Source: an uncultured bacterium
GTDB taxonomy: Bacteria; Oederibacteriota; PGYV01; CAWJRG01
DNA: 64,000 nt
Assembly: GCA_963845185.1 (NCBI GenBank)
Contig: CAWJRG010000005.1
Coordinates: forward strand, 64,001-128,000
Direction: 5' to 3'
Part shown: positions 1 to 11,469 of the stretch, one piece after another
Position numbering within the stretch: position 1 is the first letter of the stretch
Layout of the letters: each line of letters starts with the position of its first letter
Notes under the pieces: generated by a model
Told to the model about the DNA's origin: nothing
What the model saw: the letters and a program-made list of their open reading frames with translations, nothing else
Databases searched by the model: none
Program-made: the position numbers and the translations under genes

Positions 1-867
1 GTATTTGGGTTTTTTATTATTCGTATTCAGGCTGTATACCCATATATCGCCTGTGGCCGAAGATACCGCGTACAGGTTGTCTTTTGAGTCAACAGCCAGC
101 ATTGGCCACGTGGGGTCGTTTTCCTGCCACCCTGCTACTTTTATTTTGCCGATATATTTCAGGTCCTGCGTAAAGATATTTATTCTCTTGTTGCCGTGGT
201 CCGCGGCATATACATTGCCTTTTGAATCAAAGGCGAGGCCGAATATTTCGTTAAATTTTCCCGAGCCGCTTCCTATGCCGCCTACAGGGTTCCCGAACCT
301 GTTTCCTTCAAGGTCGAACCTGTGCAACCTGCTTGTCCCCGTATCCGCTACATATAACAAATTGCCGTTTACGCCCACGTTCCTTGGGCTGTAAAACCCG
401 CCTTTTGTTCCGCCTATTTCCAGCAGATACTTGCCGTTTGCGTCGAATTTCTGTATTCTTCCGTTCCATGCGTCCGCCACATACACATTGCCGTCCTTGT
501 CCGCCGCGATTCCCGACGGCTCGTTAAATTCCCCTTCTTTTTGGCCTTTTTGTCCCCACATTTTTACGAATTTGCCGTCCAGGGTAAATTCGTCAACCCT
601 GACATTGTTCATGTCCACTACAAATACAAACCCCTTTGGCGATATTGCTATGCCCCTTGGCCCGTTAATGTCCCCCGGTCTTTCACCGGCAGTTCCCCAG
701 GCGCCGAGGTTTTCCGCTTTTATATATTTGACCGGCTCAGGCTGCCTTGATTTTGCCACAATAAAGACAAGTACTATTAAAGCAACAAGGACAATAAAAA
801 CATTGCGGTTTCCTCCAGATTTTTTTCCTGCCCTTTTACTTTTCTTTTTAGTTTTTCTTTTTGCCAC
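1..867 (-). CDS. Membrane-anchored NHL-repeat beta-propeller protein (3' end runs off the window)
   Basis: Not in the ORF track; translated by hand from GTG at 867 (RBS AGGAGG 875-880): MAKRKTKKK, then a TM helix, then NHL repeats (GPRGIAISPKG, NEPSGIAADKDGNVYVADAWNGRIQKFD). Confidence 0.85.
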   Translation of the reverse strand, partial: MAKRKTKKKSKRAGKKSGGNRNVFIVLVALIVLVFIVAKSRQPEPVKYIKAENLGAWGTAGERPGDINGPRGIAISPKGFVFVVDMNNVRVDEFTLDGKFVKMWGQKGQKEGEFNEPSGIAADKDGNVYVADAWNGRIQKFDANGKYLLEIGGTKGGFYSPRNVGVNGNLLYVADTGTSRLHRFDLEGNRFGNPVGGIGSGSGKFNEIFGLAFDSKGNVYAADHGNKRINIFTQDLKYIGKIKVAGWQENDPTWPMLAVDSKDNLYAVSSATGDIWVYSLNTNNKKPKY

Positions 868-919
868 TTTATACCCTCCTTGATTTTAGTTCATATCAGC
901 CGGTTTCGCCGGCAAAAAA

Positions 920-1912
920 CTATTTGCTGTCTTCTTCATCCGTAAAAGTTATAAGTTTGTTATATCCCGAATCCGTCACATATATTTTTTTATCCGCGCC
1001 CAGCGCTATTCCAAGCGGACAGGTAAACATGCCCACGCCGGATTTATCCTTTAAAAATATTTTCTTCTTTTTGCCGTCAAGGCTATAGCGCAAAACCCTG
1101 TGGTTTGCCGAATCGGTGATGTAAATCAACCCTTTTGCCTTGTCAATCGACAGATACGGTTCCATCAAGCATCCGCCCACAATCTGTCCCTCGGCCCAGC
1201 CGTCCACCTTGAATTCCTTCAGGTATTTGCCTTCCGTGGTTATTACCTGCAGCCTGAAATTTTTCCTGTCCAGCACATAAAGGTTGTTGTCCGGGCCAGT
1301 AGTTAAGCCGAATGGCTCCTGGAATTCCAGCGCCCCGGAGCCTTTTTTGCCGAATGCTATTACAAATTTCCCCGTCTTGTCAAATTTCAATATCTTGCAA
1401 TTGCCCGTATCTGAAACATACACGTTCCCGTCTTTATCCACGGTCAATGCCCTTGGCCCCCACATTCTCTGATCGCCGCCGAACATTCTTACAAAACCTC
1501 CGGCGTCGTTAAATACCTGTACCCTGCCGTTCCATGTATCGGCCACGTATATGTTTCCGTCCGGGCCTATGTCAATGCCGCACGGCTCTTTAAACTCGCT
1601 TTGCTTGTCGCCTTGCTTGCCCCACGCCAGCACAAAAATCCCGGCTCCGTTAAATTTCTGTATCCTGTTGTTTTTTGAATCCACTATATATATATTGCCG
1701 TCCTTGTCGACTGCAACGCCGCGCGGAATACTAAACTGCCCCGATGACGACCCTGCGCCTCCTCCGGACGACAGTACATTCGCAGGCGCAGAAGGCTGTT
1801 TCCTTTCGCCGCCTGTGGGCACAAACATTATTCCAAGCACAATAAGTATGCCGGCCAAAAGCCCTACAATGATGAGTTTTTCCTGTTTCGACATCAAAGA
1901 AATGTCAATCAT
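920..1912 (-). CDS. Membrane-anchored NHL-repeat beta-propeller protein
   Basis: N-terminal TM helix; repeats PRGVAVDKDGNIYIVDSKNNRIQKF and EPCGIDIGPDGNIYVADTWNGRVQVF; RBS AGGAGG. Confidence 0.9.
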   Translation of the reverse strand: MIDISLMSKQEKLIIVGLLAGILIVLGIMFVPTGGERKQPSAPANVLSSGGGAGSSSGQFSIPRGVAVDKDGNIYIVDSKNNRIQKFNGAGIFVLAWGKQGDKQSEFKEPCGIDIGPDGNIYVADTWNGRVQVFNDAGGFVRMFGGDQRMWGPRALTVDKDGNVYVSDTGNCKILKFDKTGKFVIAFGKKGSGALEFQEPFGLTTGPDNNLYVLDRKNFRLQVITTEGKYLKEFKVDGWAEGQIVGGCLMEPYLSIDKAKGLIYITDSANHRVLRYSLDGKKKKIFLKDKSGVGMFTCPLGIALGADKKIYVTDSGYNKLITFTDEEDSK

Positions 1913-1920
1913 TTCTTTAT

Positions 1921-2000
1921 CCTCCTATGATGATGTTTATTTTGTAAAGCTACTGCTGCAACAAAATATTACAGCACTCAAGCACCCGGTCAAGTCCCGA
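1921..2000 (-). ncRNA. Diverged copy C of a candidate structured 5'-leader element
   Basis: Shares CUCGG.ACUUGA.CGGGUGC, GUAA.AUUUUG.UGCA, UUU.CAAAA and GGAGG with the copy at 6604, and its 3' part with the copy at 23940. Confidence 0.45.
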
Positions 2001-2172
2001 GTTTGCGAGAGTCAAATAGTCCACTGGACTATTTGACGGGTAGTTTCCATAAGTTATTATCATATAAAAACTGCCCTGAAGATGTGCCTGTTTATTTTAC
2101 AAACTTTTCCGGTGCGGTAAAATATTATTGTTGCCCGCACTCATTCCAGTCAAAAACCGGATATAGCATTAG

Positions 2173-4062
2173 CTATCTAAAATATTTTTCCAGGTCTTTT
2201 CTTACATATACTATAAAATCATACGAGCCGAGCGGGCTCCAAATGTCCCTGTACATATACCTTTTCCAGAGCCAGCTTATTTTTTCCTGCAGCGTAAACT
2301 TCTTGAAAGCCTCGACATCAGGCGCCCACCACTCCCTTAATTTATACCTTGTCCCCACATAATCATCTTTTAAAAGTTGTTTTACCATATCATCATGCCC
2401 GGGAGCAGCCACTTCTATGCCTGAAAGTATTATTGGTTTTCCTTTGTCGCCCTCTGATATCGGATGCGGGTAAGATACTGCTTTAAAATCCCTCAAATAC
2501 CACGCGAACGGCCACGAGCAGTAATCTTCGCATACTATCTGCAGGTCCTCCCCGCCGGGAATGTTTAATTCGGAAGTGCCCTTTACATCAAGCGCCATTT
2601 TTTGTATCCTTTTTACAACCATAGTCACGTCTGTAGATGTCTGGACGTAAACGAGTGATTCATACGGGCTTGCCCCGGATCCGTAAAAACACAGGTAAAT
2701 TGCCCCGTGTATGGAACCGAGCGTGAGCAATATAGCCACGACTATGCCTGTTATCCTCCAGCTTTTCCATTCTGTGTTAGTGATAATTTCGCCTATAAAT
2801 TTGCCTGCCAGTATAAGGTAAGGCGTAAGCACATGCAGTATAAGCCAAGGCATCCTTTCGCCTGCGTACGAATAAAGTATGGTCGCGCCCACCGCCCAGT
2901 AAACCAGGAAAATGTTGAACAATGTCCTTTTTTCCCTTTTCATCACATAATAAACGCCGGCTATTATTCCGAACAAAGTCGAAATAGTCTCGTAATACGG
3001 CATCAGCAAAATATAGTAATACCACGGCTGTGACCCTCTTTTGACCTCATGCTGCCCCATCCAGTAAGTGAGGGAACTTGTAAAAGCGTCTATTATGCCT
3101 TTCCAGTATGAAAACATTGTAGTATACAGGAAAAGGCATATGCCGAAAAACACAAGGAAAGCCGCAAACAATACACCTCTTCCCTTGCCCATCAGGTACT
3201 CGACCGTGAAATGAATTACATTTTCTTCCTTGAATTTTTCAGTATTGCGCAGGGAATACTCCCACAGCCACCTGAAGAAAAAGTATGATCCGAAAATCGC
3301 GAGTGTGATATATGTGGCCTCTTTTGTGCACCATGAAAGCGCCAGCCCCGTAGCCGCAAGGTACAGCCAGCCGGGTTTGCGGCTGTCAAAAAATCTGAAA
3401 AGCCCTATTACAAGCATTACAGTGTCAACCGCCATGAAAATATCTTCCCTGATAAACCTTGCCTGGTACATAAAAGCCGGAGAGACAGCCATTAAAAGCG
3501 CCGTGACCATGGCACCTACTTTTCCAAGATACGGCCTGTAAAAATAAATCAGCAAAACCCCGATAAGCCCGTATATGGCCGGTGCCACGCGCGAAGTATA
3601 ATCGCATGTGCCAAAAAGGAAATAAATAAGCGCGTTGGCGTGGTAATGGAACGGCCCGTGCATCATAGGGTTGTACTGGTAGCCGTCGCCCTTAAAAAGT
3701 TTCCAGCCGTAAAATGCATGCATGCTCTCGTCGTGATGCAGGGGTTTTGTGCCCAAATCCGCGAACCTTGTAATGAGTGTAACTATAATAATAAGAAGCC
3801 AAATGATTGTTTCCCAGTTTATCGCAAATCCGCCTACCATAAAACCTTTTCCATCTGCTGCTTCCCCAAATACCTGGGAAACATGGTCGCCTTCTTTGCC
3901 CTGTTTTTTTTCCGTTCTTAACAGTTTTTCAGGCTTCTCTTTTACCACCGGTTCCTGTTTTTTTACCTCTTCTTTTACAAGTTTATTTCCGCATGTGTCG
4001 CAAAATTTATTTGTTTTCGGGTTTTCCGCGCCGCATTTTGGGCATTTGATTGTATCAGCCAT
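2173..4062 (-). CDS. TIGR03663/Agl23-like GT-C (PMT-family) membrane glycosyltransferase with N-terminal zinc ribbon
   Basis: CPKCG...FCDTCG ribbon; LHHDESMH motif in the first loop; YNPMMHGP; RFIREDIF; about 12 TM segments; WPFAWYLR. Confidence 0.8.
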   Translation of the reverse strand: MADTIKCPKCGAENPKTNKFCDTCGNKLVKEEVKKQEPVVKEKPEKLLRTEKKQGKEGDHVSQVFGEAADGKGFMVGGFAINWETIIWLLIIIVTLITRFADLGTKPLHHDESMHAFYGWKLFKGDGYQYNPMMHGPFHYHANALIYFLFGTCDYTSRVAPAIYGLIGVLLIYFYRPYLGKVGAMVTALLMAVSPAFMYQARFIREDIFMAVDTVMLVIGLFRFFDSRKPGWLYLAATGLALSWCTKEATYITLAIFGSYFFFRWLWEYSLRNTEKFKEENVIHFTVEYLMGKGRGVLFAAFLVFFGICLFLYTTMFSYWKGIIDAFTSSLTYWMGQHEVKRGSQPWYYYILLMPYYETISTLFGIIAGVYYVMKREKRTLFNIFLVYWAVGATILYSYAGERMPWLILHVLTPYLILAGKFIGEIITNTEWKSWRITGIVVAILLTLGSIHGAIYLCFYGSGASPYESLVYVQTSTDVTMVVKRIQKMALDVKGTSELNIPGGEDLQIVCEDYCSWPFAWYLRDFKAVSYPHPISEGDKGKPIILSGIEVAAPGHDDMVKQLLKDDYVGTRYKLREWWAPDVEAFKKFTLQEKISWLWKRYMYRDIWSPLGSYDFIVYVRKDLEKYFR

Positions 4063-4104
4063 TTCTTCTTTCCTCCTTGATGATGTTTATTTTGTAAACC
4101 GTTA

Positions 4105-4157
4105 TCAGTTTTCAATCATCAATAAGAACCTAAATTGAAAATTGACAATTTTTAATT
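4105..4157. repeat. AT-rich ~7-nt-periodic inverted repeat element, copy 1
   Basis: tcagttttcaatcatcaat...aattgaaaattgacaatttttaatt, nearly identical to 20486-20549. Confidence 0.6.
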
Positions 4158-4168
4158 AATAATTATAT

Positions 4169-6598
4169 TTAATTCCTTGTCTTGTAAATTACCGTATCGG
4201 CCCTGTTCATATAAACCATATCCATAAACTGGGCAAATTTGTCAAACGCCTCTTTCGGCGCAGCCCTGTATTCGGGCTTTATTTTTTCAAGTATTCCCAC
4301 ATAAACATATTTTATATTGTATTTTTTTATCAGGCTCTGCGCCTCGTTAATATCCATCGTGGTGTATATTTTTTGTATATCCGCCATTCTTTTCCCCTGC
4401 TCGTCCCATGTCCCTCTCCACTGAAGCTCATGTCCCGGCCATCCAAGCACGGTAGGCAGCCCGGTAAAAGATGAAATCCTGGCGTATTCAGTGTATTCCG
4501 CCCCGTCTGCCTCGAGAATAACAGGCGTGTCTTTAATATTCTTTTTAATCCAGTCAATAGCCTGGTAATCGCCCGGGTATCTTGCGCTGAAAAACTCCGT
4601 GCCGTCAAGCGTCACGTAACCATTGAACCCGTTTGTTTTGACAATTGACGCTGCCATCGGGTAAAACAGGCCTGTAAATATGAAAAACGCGAAAACCGCG
4701 TACCATATAAACCTTATATAATTCGGTTTGAATTTAAGGTAAAAATGCTTTACCCAGAAAAATCCGTAAGCCGCTGCCACGGAAAACAATATCCAGGTCT
4801 GGTAATAAAACTTAAAAACCGTGTTCATCCTTTCCAGGGATGAATGTTCGCCTTCCTTGCCGAACGTGTCTTTTATATGCAGGAACTCGCATCCGAGCGA
4901 CAATAAAAAACCTGTAAAAATAAGAAGTATTACAAACTGGTTTTCTTTCATTTCAACCTTTGTAATAGCCAGCAGAAACACGATGCTCAGCATTACGACC
5001 ATCACTGCCGAAAAAAATCCATAATGCGGCTTGTCTATAATTGATTTATATACGAGGAAAATAAAGCCTATGGCAAATACCACGGCCGCCGACATGTATA
5101 TTTTATTGCTTTTGTAAGTATTGGGGTCTATGAGGAATTTAAAGAATGAAATTGCCTCCTCGTTGCCTTTTTTTATCGGCAATTCCACGCCTCCCAGCAG
5201 AAGCTCCTCGCCGCTTATTTTATACCCGCACTGCCCGCATATTGTCTTTCCTTCCCTGAATTCAAACGAGCACCTCGGGCAAAAAAGGCTCCTTTTTTTC
5301 GTCTTCAGCCCGGCAATGCCCTGGTATTTGATGGCGTAAATCCAGTTTGCTATCCTGCAGGCTATAAACGACAGGATCGGAAAAAGCATTATGCCGTATA
5401 TAGTCAGGTAATCCTTTATCCTCGTGTTTGCTTTTGTTATGCCTATGCCGCTTGCCTGTGACTTAAAAAATAGCGTGAAAGGCAGGTATGCTATTATGCC
5501 TATGCCGAGCACCAGCCCGATGCTGATTAGGGCGTCGTTCATCCATTCCTTTGGTTTTTCGTCCATCGAAAATTTATAGGAAAGTATGGACAGGGCTATG
5601 ATGAAAAAATATGTCGGGAAATCCCAGCTGTTTAAAAACCACAGCCCGCCAAGGAGCAGCCCCGCAAAAACGATAAAGGTTATTTTTTCAAAGTTTTTCT
5701 CAAATATTTTCTTATCCTCGTATTTGATGAAAGTAAGGGCTATATTCATGGCAAGAAGCACAAAAGGAATCGCTATCTGGTGAGGGTGTATGTCTCCGAG
5801 CAGGAATGAAAAAAACGGGAACTCGTTTATTGTGGTATCGTAATCCTTGTAATCGATTATCCTCGAGGTATGCCACCAGTTAAAATCAGTCAGGGTCCAG
5901 TTGTGCTGCACCACCTGGATAAAGCCGTCTATATTGCTGATTAAAAGCAGGAAAGCCGCAGCGAGAAAACCGATCATAAAATTTTTCGTGAGGTTATATA
6001 CAAGCCCGACCATTGCCAGCGCGCTCATTGCGACTACGTATGTGAGCGCGAGGTTGTAAGCTACCCCGTTCGGGATATTCACAAGCTTCATCATTATGGA
6101 CATCATAAGGTAACCGAAATAATAATAGCTTATATGGAAAGCGTCGCCTGCCATCCACGGGTCAAAAGGCGGCATCTTATCTGCCCTGGCTATCGAGTTC
6201 ATGAAAGCAAAATCCATGAATTTCTCAGTGCCAATGATATCCGGCTGGTATGACCTGAAAAGCGCGTAAGCTATGAATATCAGGAGGTAAAAGAGCTCGG
6301 AAATTATGATAATCGCCGGTTTTTCATTCATGAATTCAAATATTTCATTTTTTGTTTTGGTGAAAAGGTAGGCCGAAAAGCCGGTCATAAGCACTATTAC
6401 GATTATTATTGTAGACATGGAAAATTTAAAGAACCCAAAAAGCCATGAAAAATAAGATACTATAAACAATGCTATTATTTTTGAAAAAAGCCATCCTTTT
6501 TCATGCGATTTCTTAAACAGGAAAAAACTTATTGGATATGCCAGCAGGCCAAGTATGACTGAAATTAACCACCATTTCATTATGTAACCAAATGCCAC
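4169..6598 (-). CDS. DUF2298 / Chlor_Arch_YYY (TIGR03662) membrane protein, putative GT-C glycosyltransferase, with internal zinc ribbon
   Basis: GTEKFMDFAF, ISYYYFG, INEFPFFSFLLGDIHPH, NSWDFP, RMNTVFKFY, GWPGHELQWRG; internal CPRC...CGQC. Confidence 0.9.
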   Translation of the reverse strand: MAFGYIMKWWLISVILGLLAYPISFFLFKKSHEKGWLFSKIIALFIVSYFSWLFGFFKFSMSTIIIVIVLMTGFSAYLFTKTKNEIFEFMNEKPAIIIISELFYLLIFIAYALFRSYQPDIIGTEKFMDFAFMNSIARADKMPPFDPWMAGDAFHISYYYFGYLMMSIMMKLVNIPNGVAYNLALTYVVAMSALAMVGLVYNLTKNFMIGFLAAAFLLLISNIDGFIQVVQHNWTLTDFNWWHTSRIIDYKDYDTTINEFPFFSFLLGDIHPHQIAIPFVLLAMNIALTFIKYEDKKIFEKNFEKITFIVFAGLLLGGLWFLNSWDFPTYFFIIALSILSYKFSMDEKPKEWMNDALISIGLVLGIGIIAYLPFTLFFKSQASGIGITKANTRIKDYLTIYGIMLFPILSFIACRIANWIYAIKYQGIAGLKTKKRSLFCPRCSFEFREGKTICGQCGYKISGEELLLGGVELPIKKGNEEAISFFKFLIDPNTYKSNKIYMSAAVVFAIGFIFLVYKSIIDKPHYGFFSAVMVVMLSIVFLLAITKVEMKENQFVILLIFTGFLLSLGCEFLHIKDTFGKEGEHSSLERMNTVFKFYYQTWILFSVAAAYGFFWVKHFYLKFKPNYIRFIWYAVFAFFIFTGLFYPMAASIVKTNGFNGYVTLDGTEFFSARYPGDYQAIDWIKKNIKDTPVILEADGAEYTEYARISSFTGLPTVLGWPGHELQWRGTWDEQGKRMADIQKIYTTMDINEAQSLIKKYNIKYVYVGILEKIKPEYRAAPKEAFDKFAQFMDMVYMNRADTVIYKTRN

Positions 6599-6603
6599 AT
6601 AAC

Positions 6604-6712
6604 ACCTCCAAGCAAGAGTAATTTTTGCAAACCGTCAACAGGTGCAGCAAAAATTTTACTCTTGCTTGCACCCGTTCAAGTCCGAGGCTCAAAAGGCCGG
6701 GGACAAGTGGTG
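6604..6712 (-). ncRNA. Candidate structured cis-regulatory leader RNA or repeat, copy A
   Basis: About 20-bp stem ending at the GGAGG RBS, an alternative GGUGCA/UGCACC hairpin and an upstream GUCC..GGAC hairpin; homologous to 23940-24043. Confidence 0.55.
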
Positions 6713-6770
6713 CGGATAAACATTTTTCCCTTTAAATTGTTGTGTTTTTGGGAATTATTAAACAGGTTGA

Positions 6771-6799
6771 ATTATACTTAATATTTTTCTTGTTGTCAA
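6771..6799 (-). promoter_or_regulatory. Sigma70 promoter for the DUF2298 operon
   Basis: Perfect TTGACA-N17-TATAAT on the minus strand. Confidence 0.8.
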
Positions 6800-6823
6800 C
6801 GGGATTATTGGGTTTAAAAATTG

Positions 6824-9412
6824 TTACTTTAAGATTAAAAACGGCATAACATTTGACTTAACTTCTTTTCCGCCCTGCCTTGCAATCAGTATAAAATAAT
6901 ACAGGCCTGGAGCATATGATTTTAAATAATTTGGCAATATAACGCCGGTTTGTTCATCTGCCTGGAGCGAGCTGCCTATTTGTATTTTACACACCAGCCT
7001 CAGGCCTGATGAATATATCTTTGCGTATACTTCATCCGCGTCCTGCGTAAGTGTATACTTTATATTCAAGCCTGCACCCTTTGTGCGGTTATACGGGTCC
7101 GGGAATGCAACAACGGAATTAATTCCGAATTTATTGGACGCAAACGTTGAAGATTGTGTCTTGACATTTACTGATGCGGACGCTGGGCCCGTATTCCCGC
7201 AAATATCAACAGCAACCACCGTATAATTATAAGCCGTGGCCGTAGTAAGCCCTGTGTCACTGTAAGAAATTGCGGCTGTAGAGCCGATGAATATGCCGTT
7301 CCTGAATACCTTATAATACGAAACGGCATTATTGTCCGTTGCCGCATTCCATGAAAGGTCTATTTGCGTCGTAGAAACAGCGCATCCTGCAAGGTTTGCC
7401 GGCGCTGTAGGCGGTGTAGTGTCTGTTATATTGGCGGAAACATAAACTTTTGTTACCTTAACCCCGCCTCCCATGGCTTTCAATCGTATTGAGTGGAGCC
7501 CTTTTGTTAAAGTTACATAATGCGCCGGCGTTTGCTGGCTGGAAGAGCCAAGTGTATCCGTAGCCAGAACAGGGACTCCGCCGTCAATGATAAATGCCAG
7601 GCTTCCTGCCGTGCCTGTATAATTGGCCGTGGCAGACACTGCATACGCGCAGGTCATTGGTATATCAAAAAGATAGGAACGCCATTCCCCGCTGCTGATT
7701 GTTATTGGGCCAGTGTTTGGCGCATACCATGCCTGAAATCCCCAATGAAACATTCCGCCGTCCACAATCGCAGGCACAAAATTGCCGAAGTCAAGGGCTT
7801 CGGGCGTATTGGCGCTTAAGTCTGCTATGGCATTAAGTTTTGGCGTGTTAAGGTTCAGCACATCCGTTGTAAATCCCCATTGATAATCGCCGGTCAGGCA
7901 GAGATAATTTAAAACGCTTCCGTTATAAGTGCTCCATGCGTTATGATGGGCTACTACGTTTGTTTCCATGCGGCTGTCGTTTACAGCCGCGGCCTGCACC
8001 GCGTCAAGTGTGCTGTTGCCGGTCTTGTCCAGGCTTGGCCCTCCTTCATAGGACGTCCTTGTCATGCCGAATGTCGAGCATATTTCAGCGTTCATTGTGA
8101 CATCGCCATATACCCAGTTACTGACATTCATGGTGTCGCTGTTCCATATTGTATTGATATCGAAACTCGCGCCCGAGCTGTGGTCCGGGTTATAGTATGC
8201 CGCGCCGCCCCCGCCGTAAAAATAATAACTCACTGCCCTTGTAGTGTCATATGCCCCTTCTATATAATTCAGTTCCTGCATGCCCGTATCCCCGTTTACC
8301 TCCTGCCAGCACAGCACAGGCCTTATGCGGGCCATCATCTGGCCGGCGCCGAATGCACCCCTAAAAATAGCGCTTATATCCGCAGCCCTCTTTGCCCCAT
8401 AACGCCATGCCCAGTAATAGTTATTGTTGCAATTGTCAAAATTCAGGTGATACGGGTCGCCCGTGGCAACCGTTGTTGTCGCGTTATCATATAAATATTG
8501 CGCGTCCACGCTGTACGGGTACGCCCAGTTCCAGAATTCATTGGTGTATTCAATGTAAAGGTTCAGGTTCGGATTAAGAGGAGGGTGCACAGGGCTGGGC
8601 TGGGTAGCCGTGTAAGGCGTGCCGTTTGCGTCGCTTCCGTACATAAAAAGGTTTGCCAGGTTCTGGATATAGTTATCATCCACCTGTGACGGCACGTTTA
8701 TCCATGCGTCCTTGCCTGTCTGGTTTGCTATTTGTATTAAGCATTCCCACGACGCGCCTAGGCTGCCGCCGTCAAGGCTGTTAAAAGAAGAGTAATCCGG
8801 CGGTGTCCGGTCGCTCCATGTCTTTTGCGGATTCGCGTCGGTTTCCATGAATCCCATATATCTTATTGTAGAAAACAGCGCAATCGCGGCTTTGAACTGG
8901 TCGGTTACAAAAGAACCGGCCGCATAGCTTACCGTACTGCTCGGATAGGTCGGCCGCATGAGCGAGATGTTTTTCACGCCCTTGCCGTTTGTATTTGTAA
9001 ATTGCATGGCAAAATTTTCAGAATCAGAATAAGTAAAAATCATATCCGCTGTCCACGTGCCTGCGTTATAGGTAACATTCTGGAGCGTGGCTGATGCCCA
9101 TGGGAACTGCACGGTTACGGTAGAATCGCCCGTAAAGGAAAGCTGGTAAGTCCCCTGCATATTATCGTTTGCCCATATGCATGCCATGGCGTCCTGCGTC
9201 GGCCAGCCGTTCGAATCAACTGAAGCAAGGGTGTTCCCCCAGTCCCCCACCTGATACCATTGCCTTGCTGTTTTCATTACATCTGTAAAAATACGGTCTT
9301 TTGTCCAGTCAGCGGGCCAGCTTATGTTAATCCCAATATCTGCCCTTGCCCATATTAAACCCGGCGATATTAACAACGCAAATAATATAAGCCGAAGTTT
9401 AATATTTTTCAT
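6824..9412 (-). CDS. Secreted putative glycoside hydrolase (GH-A-like barrel) with CBM-like, Fn3 and C-terminal PNP/FlgD-like domains
   Basis: Signal peptide; YIEYTNEFWNW and SYEGG acidic motifs; Fn3 DTTPPTAP...LSWNAATDN; C-terminal AFPDPYN...GLYYFIL. Confidence 0.65.
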   Translation of the reverse strand: MKNIKLRLILFALLISPGLIWARADIGINISWPADWTKDRIFTDVMKTARQWYQVGDWGNTLASVDSNGWPTQDAMACIWANDNMQGTYQLSFTGDSTVTVQFPWASATLQNVTYNAGTWTADMIFTYSDSENFAMQFTNTNGKGVKNISLMRPTYPSSTVSYAAGSFVTDQFKAAIALFSTIRYMGFMETDANPQKTWSDRTPPDYSSFNSLDGGSLGASWECLIQIANQTGKDAWINVPSQVDDNYIQNLANLFMYGSDANGTPYTATQPSPVHPPLNPNLNLYIEYTNEFWNWAYPYSVDAQYLYDNATTTVATGDPYHLNFDNCNNNYYWAWRYGAKRAADISAIFRGAFGAGQMMARIRPVLCWQEVNGDTGMQELNYIEGAYDTTRAVSYYFYGGGGAAYYNPDHSSGASFDINTIWNSDTMNVSNWVYGDVTMNAEICSTFGMTRTSYEGGPSLDKTGNSTLDAVQAAAVNDSRMETNVVAHHNAWSTYNGSVLNYLCLTGDYQWGFTTDVLNLNTPKLNAIADLSANTPEALDFGNFVPAIVDGGMFHWGFQAWYAPNTGPITISSGEWRSYLFDIPMTCAYAVSATANYTGTAGSLAFIIDGGVPVLATDTLGSSSQQTPAHYVTLTKGLHSIRLKAMGGGVKVTKVYVSANITDTTPPTAPANLAGCAVSTTQIDLSWNAATDNNAVSYYKVFRNGIFIGSTAAISYSDTGLTTATAYNYTVVAVDICGNTGPASASVNVKTQSSTFASNKFGINSVVAFPDPYNRTKGAGLNIKYTLTQDADEVYAKIYSSGLRLVCKIQIGSSLQADEQTGVILPNYLKSYAPGLYYFILIARQGGKEVKSNVMPFLILK

Positions 9413-9427
9413 TGCGGACTACCCTCC

Positions 9428-11437
<2,010 letters not shown>

Positions 11438-11469
11438 TTATCTTCCGTCCCATTTTCAATATATTATTT

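Noticed and set aside
6625..6655. GCAAACC..GG..GCAAA resemblance to the c-di-GMP-I riboswitch
   Set aside because: Antisense to the downstream gene and lacks the GNRA loop and P2 features
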